Notes: generated by a model from the sequence alone, not told the origin. DNA of 64,000 nt from Candidatus Poribacteria bacterium (GCA_965116925.1 OZ220744.1:2729136-2793135), one strand, 5' to 3'; positions 9,569 to 20,246 are shown, numbered from the stretch's first letter. Made by a program: numbers and translations.

Positions 9569-10402
9569 CTAAATTCCGTCTCCGTAGTAATCAAAGTGAT
9601 TCTTCGGGGTTTCTCTCAATCGAAGCCGATGTAGCTGAATCGGCTTCAGATTCGGTTCAATAACCTCCCAGAGCACCTTCACAAAGTTTTCTGAAGTTGG
9701 ATTGAGGTTCTCAAACTCAGGTGTGTCTAGGTTAAGATGCTTATGATCAAATCGGCCGTAGAGCTGCTTCTGCATTGTTTCATCAAGATCCTCTAAATCT
9801 GCAACCATTCCGGTTCTTGGGTCCACCTCACCTTTTATGGTCACTTCAAGTACATAGTTGTGCCCGTGCCCGTAAAAATTGTTACACTTGCCGAAGATTT
9901 CTTCGTTTTCCGCATCGCTAAGTTGTGGGCTGTGCAATCGGTGTGATGCGCTGAATTCGTAAACTTTCGTGAGATAGACCATTTGCCCTTCTCCATAATA
10001 GTCAGCAAATAGGGTTGAATCCTCATACAATCTGACCCGATGTAAGTTTGTCCCTTTTAGATGCGGTTCAATCGCAGACCAAATCTGAATCGCTAAATTC
10101 TCACTTGTCGGTTGCAGGTGTGGGCTATTCGCGAAGGTGGGGTGTTGTACGTTGATATGCTTATGATCATAATAGGCAACAACCTCTTCCTTGAGAACCT
10201 TGTCCAGATCCGTGATATTGATGACCATCCCGTGTTCGGGATTAAGCCTACCTTTGACTGTCGCCTCTAGAACATAGTTATGTCCGTGACTATTTGGATT
10301 GGCGGTCACTCCAAATAGGGCGTAATTTTCCGCATCGCTGAGGTCAGGAATACGATAGTAGTGTGAGGCTTCAAAAGCGATTTGGCGTGTAAGGTAGTGC
10401 AC
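9569..10402 (-). CDS. Tandem-fused double 6-pyruvoyl-tetrahydropterin synthase / QueD-like protein (two PTPS domains)
   Basis: Two repeated halves each carrying 'CxxxHGHNYVLE' (NSHGHNYVLEATV and GHGHNYVLEVTI) plus Glu/His catalytic residues. Immediately downstream of folE. Confidence 0.8.
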   Translation of the reverse strand: MHYLTRQIAFEASHYYRIPDLSDAENYALFGVTANPNSHGHNYVLEATVKGRLNPEHGMVINITDLDKVLKEEVVAYYDHKHINVQHPTFANSPHLQPTSENLAIQIWSAIEPHLKGTNLHRVRLYEDSTLFADYYGEGQMVYLTKVYEFSASHRLHSPQLSDAENEEIFGKCNNFYGHGHNYVLEVTIKGEVDPRTGMVADLEDLDETMQKQLYGRFDHKHLNLDTPEFENLNPTSENFVKVLWEVIEPNLKPIQLHRLRLRETPKNHFDYYGDGI

Positions 10403-10463
10403 GATGACATTCCTTCTCCATGAAACAAGATGCGTTACTCTGCCATCACATTATTGATCTCAA

Positions 10464-10742
10464 TCACAACCTAGCAACCGTATTATCTACCGTTTCGAGC
10501 TGCACACGCATGACCCACTCCCCACCGCCACGAAAATGCACATGCCGCTTCTTCAGCCATTCTACGAGCGTGTCTCGATCCGGTGCTTCCCATTCGCAGA
10601 CCATTCGACCAAGGACTGTATCACACTGTACTTTCAAGCTCTTGACGCCGTCGCTTTCATCATCAATAAATCGTTTGGCGAGCCTTTCTACGTCTTGTCG
10701 TGTCATGCAGGCGATGATATGAGCAGAAACAAATTTGGGCAT
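10464..10742 (-). CDS. Small DUF4242-like (SCO4226-type) protein
   Basis: About 90 aa with an 'MPKF...' start and 'W..H' pattern resembling nickel-binding DUF4242 proteins. Weak assignment. Confidence 0.4.
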   Translation of the reverse strand: MPKFVSAHIIACMTRQDVERLAKRFIDDESDGVKSLKVQCDTVLGRMVCEWEAPDRDTLVEWLKKRHVHFRGGGEWVMRVQLETVDNTVARL

Positions 10743-10866
10743 ATTTGAACTCCAATTATGAGATAAGGAATAAGGTTCATGTCAAAAGACAGTGCAAGAC
10801 GATTAGAACGTGAAACGTGATGCGTGAAACGTGAAAGTAATTTGTTCATTGGTTCATTAATGCTCT

Positions 10867-10900
10867 AGTGAATTTATAGTAGATTTTAGAATTCACTATA
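10867..10900. repeat. Minimal 'solo-TIR' remnant of MITE family 1 (both termini fused, about 30 bp)
   Basis: 'tatagtagattttagaattcactatag' is the family-1 right terminus joined directly to the left terminus (ctatagtgaattc|taaaatctactata). Confidence 0.5.
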
Positions 10901-11962
10901 GTCGAGCAATTCCTGACAGTTCCAATCCTGAAAATGAGTGTATCGGAGTTTGAATCGGAACACGCTTTGCCAGCCGATCGGAGGGAAGAGGGTCGCAATC
11001 ACCGAGAGCCGGTAGTCGTGGACACAGTCTTCCCAGCTATACCCTAAAACTCCTCCATCGACGAGACCATCGTAATAGTAGCGCAACAGATCCTTCTCGA
11101 TTTCATGCCGTTGCGGTGAGGAATCGCCTCCAACTAAGTAACAGAGATCATAGGGACCCATACCGCGTTTATAGGTTTCCCAATCACCAAAATACAGTCC
11201 ATCTGTTTCCGGGTTTTTAGGATAGAAGAGATTCCAATGATGCAGGTCACCGTGTAGAAGTGTCAAAGCTTTGTTATCTTTGATCCGCTCAGAATACAAC
11301 CGTTCCCAGCCGTTGACAGCGTGATGTACAAAATCGAATGCTTCCTGTGGCAATTCGTCTTGAGCTGTGTCTGAAAATTGGGGAAGCAGCTCGTCTCTCC
11401 AGTGTTCACAATAGGTTCGTATGATTTCGGGGGTTGCAGCATCTGCCATGCGGAGCGGGCCCCCACGCCCTCGCAGAAAATCGGCTTGTGAAATTCGCGG
11501 GTGCTCCCACCATTGCGTATGGAACTTCAGCAGTTCATCAATAATCTGCTTGTAGAGCGCGACGCTGAATCTTCCTTCCACTTTGGGCGGGGATTCGGTG
11601 TGCGTCACAGAGGCATCTTCAAAGATAAAATAGCATTGACGGGCGTCTCGGTCATAATCGAAGTCGTAACATCGGAAGACCGGCGGGTCGGGCATTTGGG
11701 CGACAATTTCGTTGAAGAATACCGATTCAGCAACGCCACCCCCAAACCAACCGTCCCGATAATTTTTGAAGATTAGATCAGTATGTGGACGATGCTCCAA
11801 TTCAGTGGAATAGGCCACTTTCAACCGTGTGAAAAAGGCGGCGGTTGATTCAAATGTCTCACCGATTTGCACGTCAGTTACAGCGTGTTGTGAAAGGTGC
11901 CCGTTCTGTTGCAACCGACCCGTCAGCCATTGTGGTGTGATCTGTTCGGCACAGGTAATCAA
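10886..11962 (-). CDS. Phosphotransferase-family (APH/CHK-like) kinase
   Basis: 'LLHGDLHHWNLFY' catalytic-loop motif and 'DWE' typical of aminoglycoside/choline-kinase-like phosphotransferases. Confidence 0.65.
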   Translation of the reverse strand: MITCAEQITPQWLTGRLQQNGHLSQHAVTDVQIGETFESTAAFFTRLKVAYSTELEHRPHTDLIFKNYRDGWFGGGVAESVFFNEIVAQMPDPPVFRCYDFDYDRDARQCYFIFEDASVTHTESPPKVEGRFSVALYKQIIDELLKFHTQWWEHPRISQADFLRGRGGPLRMADAATPEIIRTYCEHWRDELLPQFSDTAQDELPQEAFDFVHHAVNGWERLYSERIKDNKALTLLHGDLHHWNLFYPKNPETDGLYFGDWETYKRGMGPYDLCYLVGGDSSPQRHEIEKDLLRYYYDGLVDGGVLGYSWEDCVHDYRLSVIATLFPPIGWQSVFRFKLRYTHFQDWNCQELLDYSEF

Positions 11963-11992
11963 TTGATTCTTTACCTCTTTGTGAGTTTGAGG

Positions 11993-12020
11993 AGTAGGGA
12001 ACGCAGATCTGCGTTCCCTA
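11993..12020. terminator. GGGAAC...GTTCCC hairpin family (putative terminator downstream of the rhodanese gene)
   Basis: 'gtagggaacgcagatctgcgttccctac' is a perfect 11-bp stem. Related hairpins at 14222-14241 and 16938-16965, the latter just 3' of recA. Confidence 0.5.
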
Positions 12021-12041
12021 CTCGCTTGGTATCACTATCGA

Positions 12042-12890
12042 CTACCCTTTTGCGATAGGTGCACCGACAAGGTTACCCCATTCTGTCCAGCTACCGTCGT
12101 AGTTGCGGACCTTTTCGTAACCTAAGAGGTACTTGAGCGCGAACCATGTGTGCGAGGAACGTTCTCCAATACGGCAGTAAGCGACCGTCTCTTTATCTGG
12201 ATCCACGCCTGCGCCTTCGTAGATCTCCTTCAACTCGTCGTAGGATTTGAAGGTGCCGTCGTCCGCCACTGCGGTTGCCCACGGTATATTCGCTGCGCCC
12301 GGAATGCGTCCCGGACGTTGTGCCGTTTCGGGCAACCCTGGGGGCGCGATAATCTCGCCGGTGAACTCCGCCGGTGAACGCACATCTACAAGGTTGACCA
12401 CTCCCTGCTCTAGTGTCGGCAGGACGTGATCTTTTGTTGCCCGCACGTTGTCATCGGGGAATTTCGCTTTGTAGTCGGTGGCAGCAGGTGAAGACGTATC
12501 CGTAACTAAATCGCGCCCCTCGTCGATCCATTTTTGGCGTCCGCCGTCCATCACCTTTAGCTTGCTTTCGTCATGCCCATAGTAGCGGAATTGCCACAGC
12601 GCATAGGTGGCGAACCAATTGTTATTGTCGCCGTAGAAGATAACGGTGGTATCGTTGCTGATGCCGTTATCTTGGCACAACTCTTCAAACTGCTCTTTTG
12701 TTAAGATGTCGCGCCGCACTTGGTCACATAGTTGGGTCTGCCAGTTAAGCCCGACAGCGCCGCTGATGTGTCCTTCGTCGTAAGCCGCTGTATCCACATC
12801 GACCTCTACCAAACGGATGCCAGCGTCGCTGCCGTGCTGGGCGACCCAGTCGGTGGTTACTAATACTTCAGGATGAGCATAATCTGCCAT
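12042..12890 (-). CDS. Tandem-rhodanese thiosulfate/3-mercaptopyruvate sulfurtransferase
   Basis: Two rhodanese domains; active-site 'CRIGERSS' (CRxGx[R/T]) in the C-terminal domain. Confidence 0.85.
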   Translation of the reverse strand: MADYAHPEVLVTTDWVAQHGSDAGIRLVEVDVDTAAYDEGHISGAVGLNWQTQLCDQVRRDILTKEQFEELCQDNGISNDTTVIFYGDNNNWFATYALWQFRYYGHDESKLKVMDGGRQKWIDEGRDLVTDTSSPAATDYKAKFPDDNVRATKDHVLPTLEQGVVNLVDVRSPAEFTGEIIAPPGLPETAQRPGRIPGAANIPWATAVADDGTFKSYDELKEIYEGAGVDPDKETVAYCRIGERSSHTWFALKYLLGYEKVRNYDGSWTEWGNLVGAPIAKG

Positions 12891-13101
12891 AACAAAAAAC
12901 CTCCTGCTTTAATTTGAAAATTGATATATTCTGCTGTCTGAGTGGGAGATACAGTTGATGCCCCACCTATTCTTTACTTAGGAATCGTAGCATATTTTTG
13001 TAAGAAATACAAGTTTTTTGATAAGAGGTGCGGTATGAACGGTGACAAGAAGGTGCAAGATCGAGGAAACAAGGGCTTGACGGCAGGATTTGGTTAGGGC
13101 G

Positions 13102-13213
13102 CATTGACATTTCTGCGAGGTGCCTTCATCATTTGTTGATGAGCACGCCATCGTAGGGGCGAGGTTTCCTCGCCCAACGGGTTGGGGAACCCAACCCCTA
13201 CGGATTCAGGCTT
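13102..13213. repeat. About 115-bp repeat (TTGACATTT ... double-hairpin core), copy 1 of a direct-repeat pair flanking the lipoprotein gene
   Basis: About 85% identical to 14534-14647, same orientation. The core 'cgtaggggcgaggtttcctcgcccaacgggttggggaacccaacccctacgg' is related to the MITE family 2 core. Confidence 0.7.
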
Positions 13214-13325
13214 AGTCTATTAGGCGTCGAGATGTGAATCTCGACCTACACAAGCACTTATATACCTGTATCAGAATCTTCCGATCCGATGCCCAATGAC
13301 CACAGATCCGCTTGCATGCTTCATA

Positions 13326-14171
13326 CTAAGGCTTTGGTTTTGTCCGAAACGTCATCCGGAAATCTGAGGTCCAACAGCAGCGATCCTGAACAACAATGTG
13401 AATGATGTATACGGTATCGAATTCCAGTAACGGGGCTCCCTCGGCGGGCATTATCTGTGTCTCTTTTCCGATGTTCTCGCCCTCAACTAGATCGCGAGGT
13501 AACCAACGGAGGGACGCGCCCTTATGATCGTAGAGGTCAATCTCATACTTTATGATATTCCTATCCCATCCAAAGCGAATTCCGTTTGCGTTGAGCGGTC
13601 CAGGGTCGATGTCAGCGGCTCCGTCTTGGACGTCGCCCCATACTAGTGTCGGCGGGTCTATATCAAGCCGAAAGCGTTCACCTGATGGCACAACGGGTGG
13701 TCGTTCTTGCATCACGGGCTCTGGTTCCTCAACCGTAGGTCTCTGCGGTCCTGTCCGAAACTGTATCACTGTCTCTACGACATCGCAGTCGGAATTTGGA
13801 GTGTATATCGTAATCTCGTAGTCGGTGTCGTATTCCAACGGATCGCGGGAATCCATGCGCTCTATAACCACAACTTTTGTTTCCTTGCACCTGTGAGCAT
13901 AGGGGGAATTCCAAGTCAGGCGCTTACCGTGCTTCTTATCGTAGACAGAAACCGAATGGTCATAGACAGGTTCCTTAAATACGAATCGAAATCCGCTGAG
14001 ATTCAATGGTTCAGGATTAACATTAACCTCTCCGTGTTTTACGGTGCCCTCTGCGATCAATTTCGGCTGAGGGAGGGCTTCATCTTTCACCACTGGCTCC
14101 TCAACCACAGACGTTTCGGTGTCGCAGCCGAGAATCAGAAGTGCGAACATCATTAGAGCGAGTTTTTTCAT
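13326..14171 (-). CDS. Secreted lipoprotein with two internally repeated beta-rich domains (unknown function)
   Basis: Lipobox 'LLILGC' after MKKLALMMFA (start 14171 preferred over the track's 14276). Internal duplication 'LNLSGFRFVF...YDKKHGKRLTW' / 'LNANGIRFGW...YDHKGASLRWL'. Confidence 0.6.
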   Translation of the reverse strand: MKKLALMMFALLILGCDTETSVVEEPVVKDEALPQPKLIAEGTVKHGEVNVNPEPLNLSGFRFVFKEPVYDHSVSVYDKKHGKRLTWNSPYAHRCKETKVVVIERMDSRDPLEYDTDYEITIYTPNSDCDVVETVIQFRTGPQRPTVEEPEPVMQERPPVVPSGERFRLDIDPPTLVWGDVQDGAADIDPGPLNANGIRFGWDRNIIKYEIDLYDHKGASLRWLPRDLVEGENIGKETQIMPAEGAPLLEFDTVYIIHIVVQDRCCWTSDFRMTFRTKPKP

Positions 14172-14533
14172 GTGATACCTCATGCAGTATAATGCGTAAT
14201 ACGTGATGCGTAAGAGGAAACGGAACGGAGATCTCCGTTCCCTACGAGGGATCAGGTTAAAGCGGGGGCGTCTCAAATAGTTAATTGCAACTCACTTGGA
14301 TTTACTTCAGAAAAAAGCGGGGATGCTTCCCAGAGCGGTGAGGTAGAGGATCTGAGGCGTTGTCGGGGCAGTCGATTGTAGGAGATGCTGATCGGAGCGA
14401 CAGGGCCACTGGGGAGTAGAGGATGTTGGGTTTCACTATAAGATGATTATACGGCGGGATTGTTGAGAAGCAGAATTGCTATTGTCGTTGATAGGGATTT
14501 GTTTGTATCCGTTCAACCCAACCTACGTGCTGC

Positions 14534-14647
14534 GGCGTGTTGACATTTATGTGGGGTGTGTTCGCTACTCGTCGATGCGTGCGCCATCGTAGGGGCGAGG
14601 TTTCCTCGCCCAATGGGTTGGGGAACCCAACCCCTACGGATTTGGCA
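14534..14647. repeat. About 115-bp repeat, copy 2 of the direct-repeat pair
   Basis: See 13102-13213. Confidence 0.7.
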
Positions 14648-14654
14648 ACTTGAG

Positions 14655-16721
14655 TTATGCTATGCTGAGAAAAAGATTGCCACCTTCGTCCACACGGACA
14701 CGAACCCAAGGTTCGATCCAGATGGTTGTGTCCGGCTGTTCGATGACGGCGGGTCCGGAGAACTCGCTTCCCCACGGGAGCAGTGAGCGGTCATAGATGG
14801 GGCATGATACAAACCTATCTTCCACGTAGACGGGTCTGACACCCTTCTGTGCGTCTTGCAGGGTAGTTTTGGGATTGGGGATAAAGTCTTTCAGGGACAG
14901 GTCTGGGCGCATACCAATCACAGCGGTTCGGAGATTTAACAGGCGGATCGGGATGCTCTCCAGCAGCGTTTCTAATCCGCTAAATGTCTCGTCGACCTGC
15001 CCGTACTGCCGGAGATATGCACGACGAAAGCTCTCCGCGATGACGTGGGGAGATACGGGTCCCGCCGGTAGGGGTGTCCGTATGACATGGGTTTGCCCTT
15101 CATAGGAGATCTCTGCTTCCCGCACAACAGTTACCTGTGTCAGGGGAATCTGCTCGCTCTCAATTAGCTTTTCTCCCTGTGCAAGGTGTTCAGCAAAGAT
15201 TTTTTCTGCTTCGGTGGGGTCGAGTTCAGAGAGACGGCGGTTGATCATGGTAACAAAATCGTGCTGGAGATCGGCGATAACACACCCCCAAGCGGAGGCG
15301 ATGCCGGGATAGTAGGGGACAAGTGCTTGTGACACACCAAGTTCTCGTAGGAGGAAGCTGACCATCAATGGTCCGCCGCCGCCGAAGGAGAAGAGGACAA
15401 AATCTCGTGGATCATGGCCACGGTCGATGGAGATGCGCCGAATACTACCGGCGATTCGGTTATTTGCAATGGTGAGGATTGCTAGTGCCGCTTCTTCTAG
15501 GGATAGACCGAGCGGTTTGCCAACTTTCTCGGTGAGAACAGACCGGGCTGTATCAAGGTCAAACGAAAAATCTGCTGCTCTGGCAATGGGGTAGTCCGGG
15601 TTGATTCGTCCGAGAATCACGTTTGCATCGGTGACGGTGGGTTCGGTGCCGCCCAGTCCGTAGCAGACGGGACCGGGATCAGCACCTGCGCTTTCGGGTC
15701 CCACTTGGAGCAGACCGCCTTCGTCAATTCGGGCGATGCTGCCGCCGCCTGCGCCGATGGTATGAATATCAATCATCGACACCATGATCGGGATGCCGAA
15801 CTCCGGTTCGATCCCGTTTGACACGACCGGCTTGCCCTCTGTTACTAGGGATACATCGAGACTCGTGCCACCCATATCGTAACCGATCAGGTTCTGAAAA
15901 CCGCTTTCTGCGGCGATCTTGGTGGCAGCGATGACCCCAGCTGCGGGACCCGATAGGATGGTGTTTACTGAGAAGTCCTGAGCAGCTTCCACCGACATCA
16001 TCCCACCGTTCGACTGCATAATGAGAAGATTCCCGTTGTAACCGCGTTCTTCCAAGCGGCCTTCAAGGCGATCCAAGTAGCGGCTTACTATCGGCTGAAC
16101 GTAGGCGTTCACCGTAGCGGTGCTGGTGCGTTCAAATTCACGAAAGAGTGGGAGAATATCTGCGGAAGCGACAATATAAACATTAGGGAAGTGCCTTTCG
16201 AGGAGGGTTTTGGCACTGCGCTCGTTAGTGGGATTGATGTAAGCGTTCAGGAAACTGATGACGATGGCTTCGACATGGTCCACAAGCAGTTCTTCAGCAG
16301 CCTCGATTACCTCAGCTTCCGCTAGTGGGACAAGAATTTCGCCTTCTGCCGAGACACGTTCGGAGACCTCTTTACGTCGATCTCGTGGCACTAGCGGTTC
16401 ATAAGATCCAGTGAGGCCGTAAAGGTGCGGTCGATCGCGACGCCTCAGCTCCAGAATATCCCGGAAACCACGCGTTGCGATCAGACCGCAGCGTACACCT
16501 TTGCGCTCCAAGATGGCGTTGGTCGCCACAGTGGTGCCGTGAATGACCAGTTCGATGTCAGGATAGGAAACCTCAAGCGTGTCTAAGCCAGCAATTAAGC
16601 CGATAGATGGCTCGTGTGGCGTGGTTGAAGCCTTTCCAATCTGTAGCCGTTTTTGGTTTTCATCTAAGACAACAATATCGGTGAAAGTACCGCCGATATC
16701 CACACCAACAAGTTTTCCCAT
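14655..16721 (-). CDS. Hydantoinase A / N-methylhydantoinase A / acetone-carboxylase beta-like (HyuA family)
   Basis: 'VGVDIGGTFTDIVV' N-terminus and ASKHA-fold hydantoinase_A motifs throughout. No HyuB partner is visible in the window. Confidence 0.8.
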   Translation of the reverse strand: MGKLVGVDIGGTFTDIVVLDENQKRLQIGKASTTPHEPSIGLIAGLDTLEVSYPDIELVIHGTTVATNAILERKGVRCGLIATRGFRDILELRRRDRPHLYGLTGSYEPLVPRDRRKEVSERVSAEGEILVPLAEAEVIEAAEELLVDHVEAIVISFLNAYINPTNERSAKTLLERHFPNVYIVASADILPLFREFERTSTATVNAYVQPIVSRYLDRLEGRLEERGYNGNLLIMQSNGGMMSVEAAQDFSVNTILSGPAAGVIAATKIAAESGFQNLIGYDMGGTSLDVSLVTEGKPVVSNGIEPEFGIPIMVSMIDIHTIGAGGGSIARIDEGGLLQVGPESAGADPGPVCYGLGGTEPTVTDANVILGRINPDYPIARAADFSFDLDTARSVLTEKVGKPLGLSLEEAALAILTIANNRIAGSIRRISIDRGHDPRDFVLFSFGGGGPLMVSFLLRELGVSQALVPYYPGIASAWGCVIADLQHDFVTMINRRLSELDPTEAEKIFAEHLAQGEKLIESEQIPLTQVTVVREAEISYEGQTHVIRTPLPAGPVSPHVIAESFRRAYLRQYGQVDETFSGLETLLESIPIRLLNLRTAVIGMRPDLSLKDFIPNPKTTLQDAQKGVRPVYVEDRFVSCPIYDRSLLPWGSEFSGPAVIEQPDTTIWIEPWVRVRVDEGGNLFLSIA

Positions 16722-16792
16722 AAAATTGTCGCAGGTCTCTGTGCAGAGAACACTTCCCTCCTTCTATAACGCTGTTTTGCACATAAAGTTTT

Positions 16793-16922
16793 TGCTCATG
16801 TTAAGATTTAGTGCAAAAAAACCGAATGTTCGTAGGGGTTGGGTCCCCCAACCCTTACAGCGGGCGGGAGACCCCGCCCCTACGATTTCGCTTCGTGTTT
16901 TGCACTTTCTTTTTACATGAGC
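16793..16922. repeat. MITE-like element family 2, copy b (inverted relative to copy a)
   Basis: 'gctcatgttaagatttagtgcaaaa...cgtaggggttgggtcccccaacccttacagcgggcgggagaccccgcccctacg...tttgcactttctttttacatgagcc'. Confidence 0.8.
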
Positions 16923-17040
16923 CAAAGTTTTTGGTTAGTAGGGAACAACGGTCGTTGTTCCCTACAACTTGCGTTATAGTAACATCTGAAATGTCTGCCG
17001 TCAAGTATCAAAGAGTCAACTACTCAACCTTGATTTTATT

Positions 17041-18093
17041 TCATTCGTTGTCGTCAACGGCAGGATCAGTTTCCGACAATGAAGCGGTGCCAGATGGGGG
17101 ATGAATACCAAGATTGGCACGAATTTTAGTACTGATCTCGGCGGCGATTTCAGGGTGTTCCACTAGGAAATCTTTGGCGTTGTTCTTACCCTGTCCGAGT
17201 CGTTCATCGTTATAGGAGAACCAAGGACCACTTTTCTGAACAATTCCCGCTTCCACACCGACATCCAAGATCTCCCCGATTTTACAGATGCCTTCGCCAA
17301 AAATAACGTCGAATTCAGCTTGGCGGAATGGCGGAGCGACCTTGTTTTTGGCGACTTTCACACGGATGCGGTTTCCAACTATCTCGTCGCCATCTTTCAG
17401 ACGATCTGCTCTGCGTATCTCCAACCGAACCGAGGCGTGAAATTTGAGTGCTAATCCACCGGGTGTCGTTTCTGGATTGCCAAACATAACGCCAATCTTC
17501 TGCCGGATCTGATTGGTGAAGATGACAGAGGCTTTGGACTTGTTGGTGACGCTGGACAGTTTACGCAAGGCTTTAGACATTAAACGCGGCAACAGTCCAA
17601 CGTGGGCGTCCTCCATACTGCCCTCAATCTCTGCATGAGGGGTGAGTGCTGCAACAGAATCGACAACCACAACGTCAACAGCCCCGCTACGAATTAAGGT
17701 CTCAACAATATCTAGTGCTTGTTCCCCGGTATCAGGTTGGGAGATTAAGACGTTTTCCATATTCACGCCAATCTGTTTGGCATACATCGGGTCTAGCGCG
17801 TGCTCGACATCGACAAACGCTGCGACACCTCCCTGCTTCTGTGCCTCTGCGATGATGTGAAGTGCAAGTGTGGTTTTACCACTCGCTTCGTGACCAAAGA
17901 TTTCAACAATTCGCCCGCGGGGAACACCGCCGACCCCTAGCGCAATATCTAACGCTATTGAGCCTGTCGGGACGACCGCAACAGGAATTACCTCGTCACT
18001 ATCTAGCCGCATAATCGAGCCTTTACCGTGCTGCCGCTCAATTTGAGAAACTGCGAGATCTATCGCTTTCTGCTTATCTGTACTCAGTTCCAT
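17041..18093 (-). CDS. recA: Recombinase RecA
   Basis: Walker A '[12 protein letters not shown]', L1/L2 loops and '[12 protein letters not shown]'. Unmistakable RecA. Confidence 0.97.
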   Translation of the reverse strand: MELSTDKQKAIDLAVSQIERQHGKGSIMRLDSDEVIPVAVVPTGSIALDIALGVGGVPRGRIVEIFGHEASGKTTLALHIIAEAQKQGGVAAFVDVEHALDPMYAKQIGVNMENVLISQPDTGEQALDIVETLIRSGAVDVVVVDSVAALTPHAEIEGSMEDAHVGLLPRLMSKALRKLSSVTNKSKASVIFTNQIRQKIGVMFGNPETTPGGLALKFHASVRLEIRRADRLKDGDEIVGNRIRVKVAKNKVAPPFRQAEFDVIFGEGICKIGEILDVGVEAGIVQKSGPWFSYNDERLGQGKNNAKDFLVEHPEIAAEISTKIRANLGIHPPSGTASLSETDPAVDDNE

Positions 18094-18293
18094 GTTGATA
18101 ATTCTCCTTGTTATGAATTAGGATTGTTTTGGCAAGTTAATTATAACATAACATTTGTTAAAAACCAACAAAAAAAGGGGCTTATGTAAAAAGAAAGTAC
18201 AGAGAGCGCAGAAACACCGAGTGTTTATCGTATCGGGGGGGTGTAGGGGGGCAAGATGCCCCGCCTATGATGGGTGTGGAGTGATGTTGTCTC

Positions 18294-20246
18294 TCATTTT
18301 CCTACCACGATAACGCCGTTGTGGACTTCGACCTGATCGCCAGTTTTCAGCCGAATCTGGTAGATATAGGGACCGATGTTCACGATTTCTCCCGCCTCAT
18401 CCCTACCGTCCCATTCGACACTCATTGTGTTAGAACTCATTGCCGTTTGATTCACTAAGGTTCGGATAAGTTTATTATGGAGATCAAAAATTTCAACGAC
18501 CGGCTCCGTCCCCCCGATGTGGGATGTGTTGTGATTGACGATTGTTAAACGGGTTCGATCGGCGATCCCATTTCCGTCGGGTGAGAACGGGTTAAAGCTC
18601 CACACAGCCTGAATCTGTGATGGAACTGCCTGAAACAGGGCAACTTGAGAGATGAAATTAAGTTCTATACGGACGATCCCCCGATTCAAGTCAATTTCGC
18701 CGCCCACCAACTGCCATTCTTGCGCGGACGCATCCCAAGCAAAGATTTTCAGATCCGCTTCTCGCGTAATGTTTGCAACTATCAGATCGGAAGGGTGATA
18801 GGCTAATTCAAGTAGCGCAGGACGTTCAAGAATAAGATGCTCAAAGGGGTCAAATGACACAATTTTCGCGCCTGATACATCAAAAAACTCGACTTCGTTG
18901 AGTTGGAGATTATTCGCCTGCTTGCTCTCCGCGATTTCGAGGCGAAAGTAACGAGCAGAAGGTCGGGTTGGTAGTTCAATGGTCGTAACTTGATCGTCGA
19001 AGGCCGTGACCTCAAGAATGCTTGTAAAATTTTCGTTGTCGTCTGATGTGAGGAGTGTCGCACGCTGTGGTCCAAAGGAGGTTTCCCCTTCCACGTTAGC
19101 GTGCACAACGATACGGCTGACGGTGCGTTGAACCTCAAGATCAATTGTCAGGCTGACAGGTAGCGGCACAAGCCCTGCAACCCACGTAGATGGTGGTTCC
19201 AAGATACCATCCACGGCGAAAGTTGGGGGTTGATCATGCAGTGCACTTGTCGCTTCAGCAGCAAATACACCTTGGCGAAGTGCTTCAAAGCGGTACACAA
19301 CCACTGGCCCTGTTCCTTTAACAATGCGACTGTTGCCCCGATAGGTGAATGGATTAACCGTTTCAGGCGGCACCGAAAAAAATTGTAGTTTCGTAATGCG
19401 TTCGTCAAAAGCCACCGCCGGAATGACAACGGTTGCTCGGTCACCATCACTCAAGGTGAAAACCCCGCCTTCAGCTGCATCAGGATTTAGCTCCGGAAGA
19501 TAAGAGAGGGAAATCATTTCTCGGTCCACAGTGTTCGGTGAATCCGGATCCGATGGTGCTAGTTCCCTAGCAGTCATCGAAAGTCGGTTCACGCCGGCTT
19601 CTAGCATCACCTTTATAGAAAAACTTGCACAGTAGGGTCCAGTCAGATTTGGGGGACAGGCATCTGCTAGGAGCAGCCGAATTGCGATGGACTGGATCTG
19701 CCCCTGTATAACTCGATCGTTCGTGTCTAAGAACTGAATTGACTCAATCGCAATTGGTTTAATCTGCCATCCTTCTATCATCTCAATTTGGATGAATTGT
19801 GCGGAGGCGGCTGATGGAAAGTCAACAACAGTGGTGTCGAAATTGGGATCTATGCCCGATGGAATGTTGAAGGGTTGACTGGGGGAGAAATTGGTGCCAG
19901 CTTGAGAGAACGCAAGACGTGCCAATCGGGGACCGCGTGGGAGCCCTTGATCAACTACATGTCGAATCAGCATTCCCTTGAGCTCCTGTGTGCTTCCAAG
20001 ATCTACGATGACTCCATAAATGGAGTGTGTCAGTTGCGCGAGATCTGGGATACCGCCGGGCGTGTTGGTCGAAACGATAACTTCCCCTCCGGCTGAGGAC
20101 TCAACGATTCCTTTGATTTCCACTGTTTGATTGTTGGTCGTGAAATCGGTAGCCGGGCTGAAAATAGAGAGATTCGTCCGAGCTACTAATTCGCCGGCAC
20201 TTAGGAGGATGAGGATAATTGAGGGAAGGGAGAGGTAAAATCGCAT
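18294..20246 (-). CDS. Secreted multi-domain protein with discoidin/F5-8-C-like modules and a C-terminal FlgD-Ig-like domain
   Basis: Signal peptide 'LSLPSIILILLSAG'. C-terminus 'FSPDGNGIADRT...EWDGRDEAGEIVNIGPYIYQI' matches the FlgD Ig-like fold of many secreted proteins. Confidence 0.55.
   Translation of the reverse strand: MRFYLSLPSIILILLSAGELVARTNLSIFSPATDFTTNNQTVEIKGIVESSAGGEVIVSTNTPGGIPDLAQLTHSIYGVIVDLGSTQELKGMLIRHVVDQGLPRGPRLARLAFSQAGTNFSPSQPFNIPSGIDPNFDTTVVDFPSAASAQFIQIEMIEGWQIKPIAIESIQFLDTNDRVIQGQIQSIAIRLLLADACPPNLTGPYCASFSIKVMLEAGVNRLSMTARELAPSDPDSPNTVDREMISLSYLPELNPDAAEGGVFTLSDGDRATVVIPAVAFDERITKLQFFSVPPETVNPFTYRGNSRIVKGTGPVVVYRFEALRQGVFAAEATSALHDQPPTFAVDGILEPPSTWVAGLVPLPVSLTIDLEVQRTVSRIVVHANVEGETSFGPQRATLLTSDDNENFTSILEVTAFDDQVTTIELPTRPSARYFRLEIAESKQANNLQLNEVEFFDVSGAKIVSFDPFEHLILERPALLELAYHPSDLIVANITREADLKIFAWDASAQEWQLVGGEIDLNRGIVRIELNFISQVALFQAVPSQIQAVWSFNPFSPDGNGIADRTRLTIVNHNTSHIGGTEPVVEIFDLHNKLIRTLVNQTAMSSNTMSVEWDGRDEAGEIVNIGPYIYQIRLKTGDQVEVHNGVIVVGK

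Noticed and set aside
10801-10860. Possible CRISPR array suggested by recurring 'gttcattggttcatt' / 'cacgtttcacg' repeats
   Set aside because: The units are short (7-11 nt) and irregularly spaced, have no unique spacers of constant length, and are scattered in promoter regions across the window. No cas genes are present.
18094-18180. SOS (LexA) box upstream of recA
   Set aside because: Only a weak AACA-N2-TGTT inverted repeat is present. There is no match to the CTGT-N8-ACAG or GAAC-N4-GTTC consensus, and without knowing the lineage's LexA motif it cannot be called.
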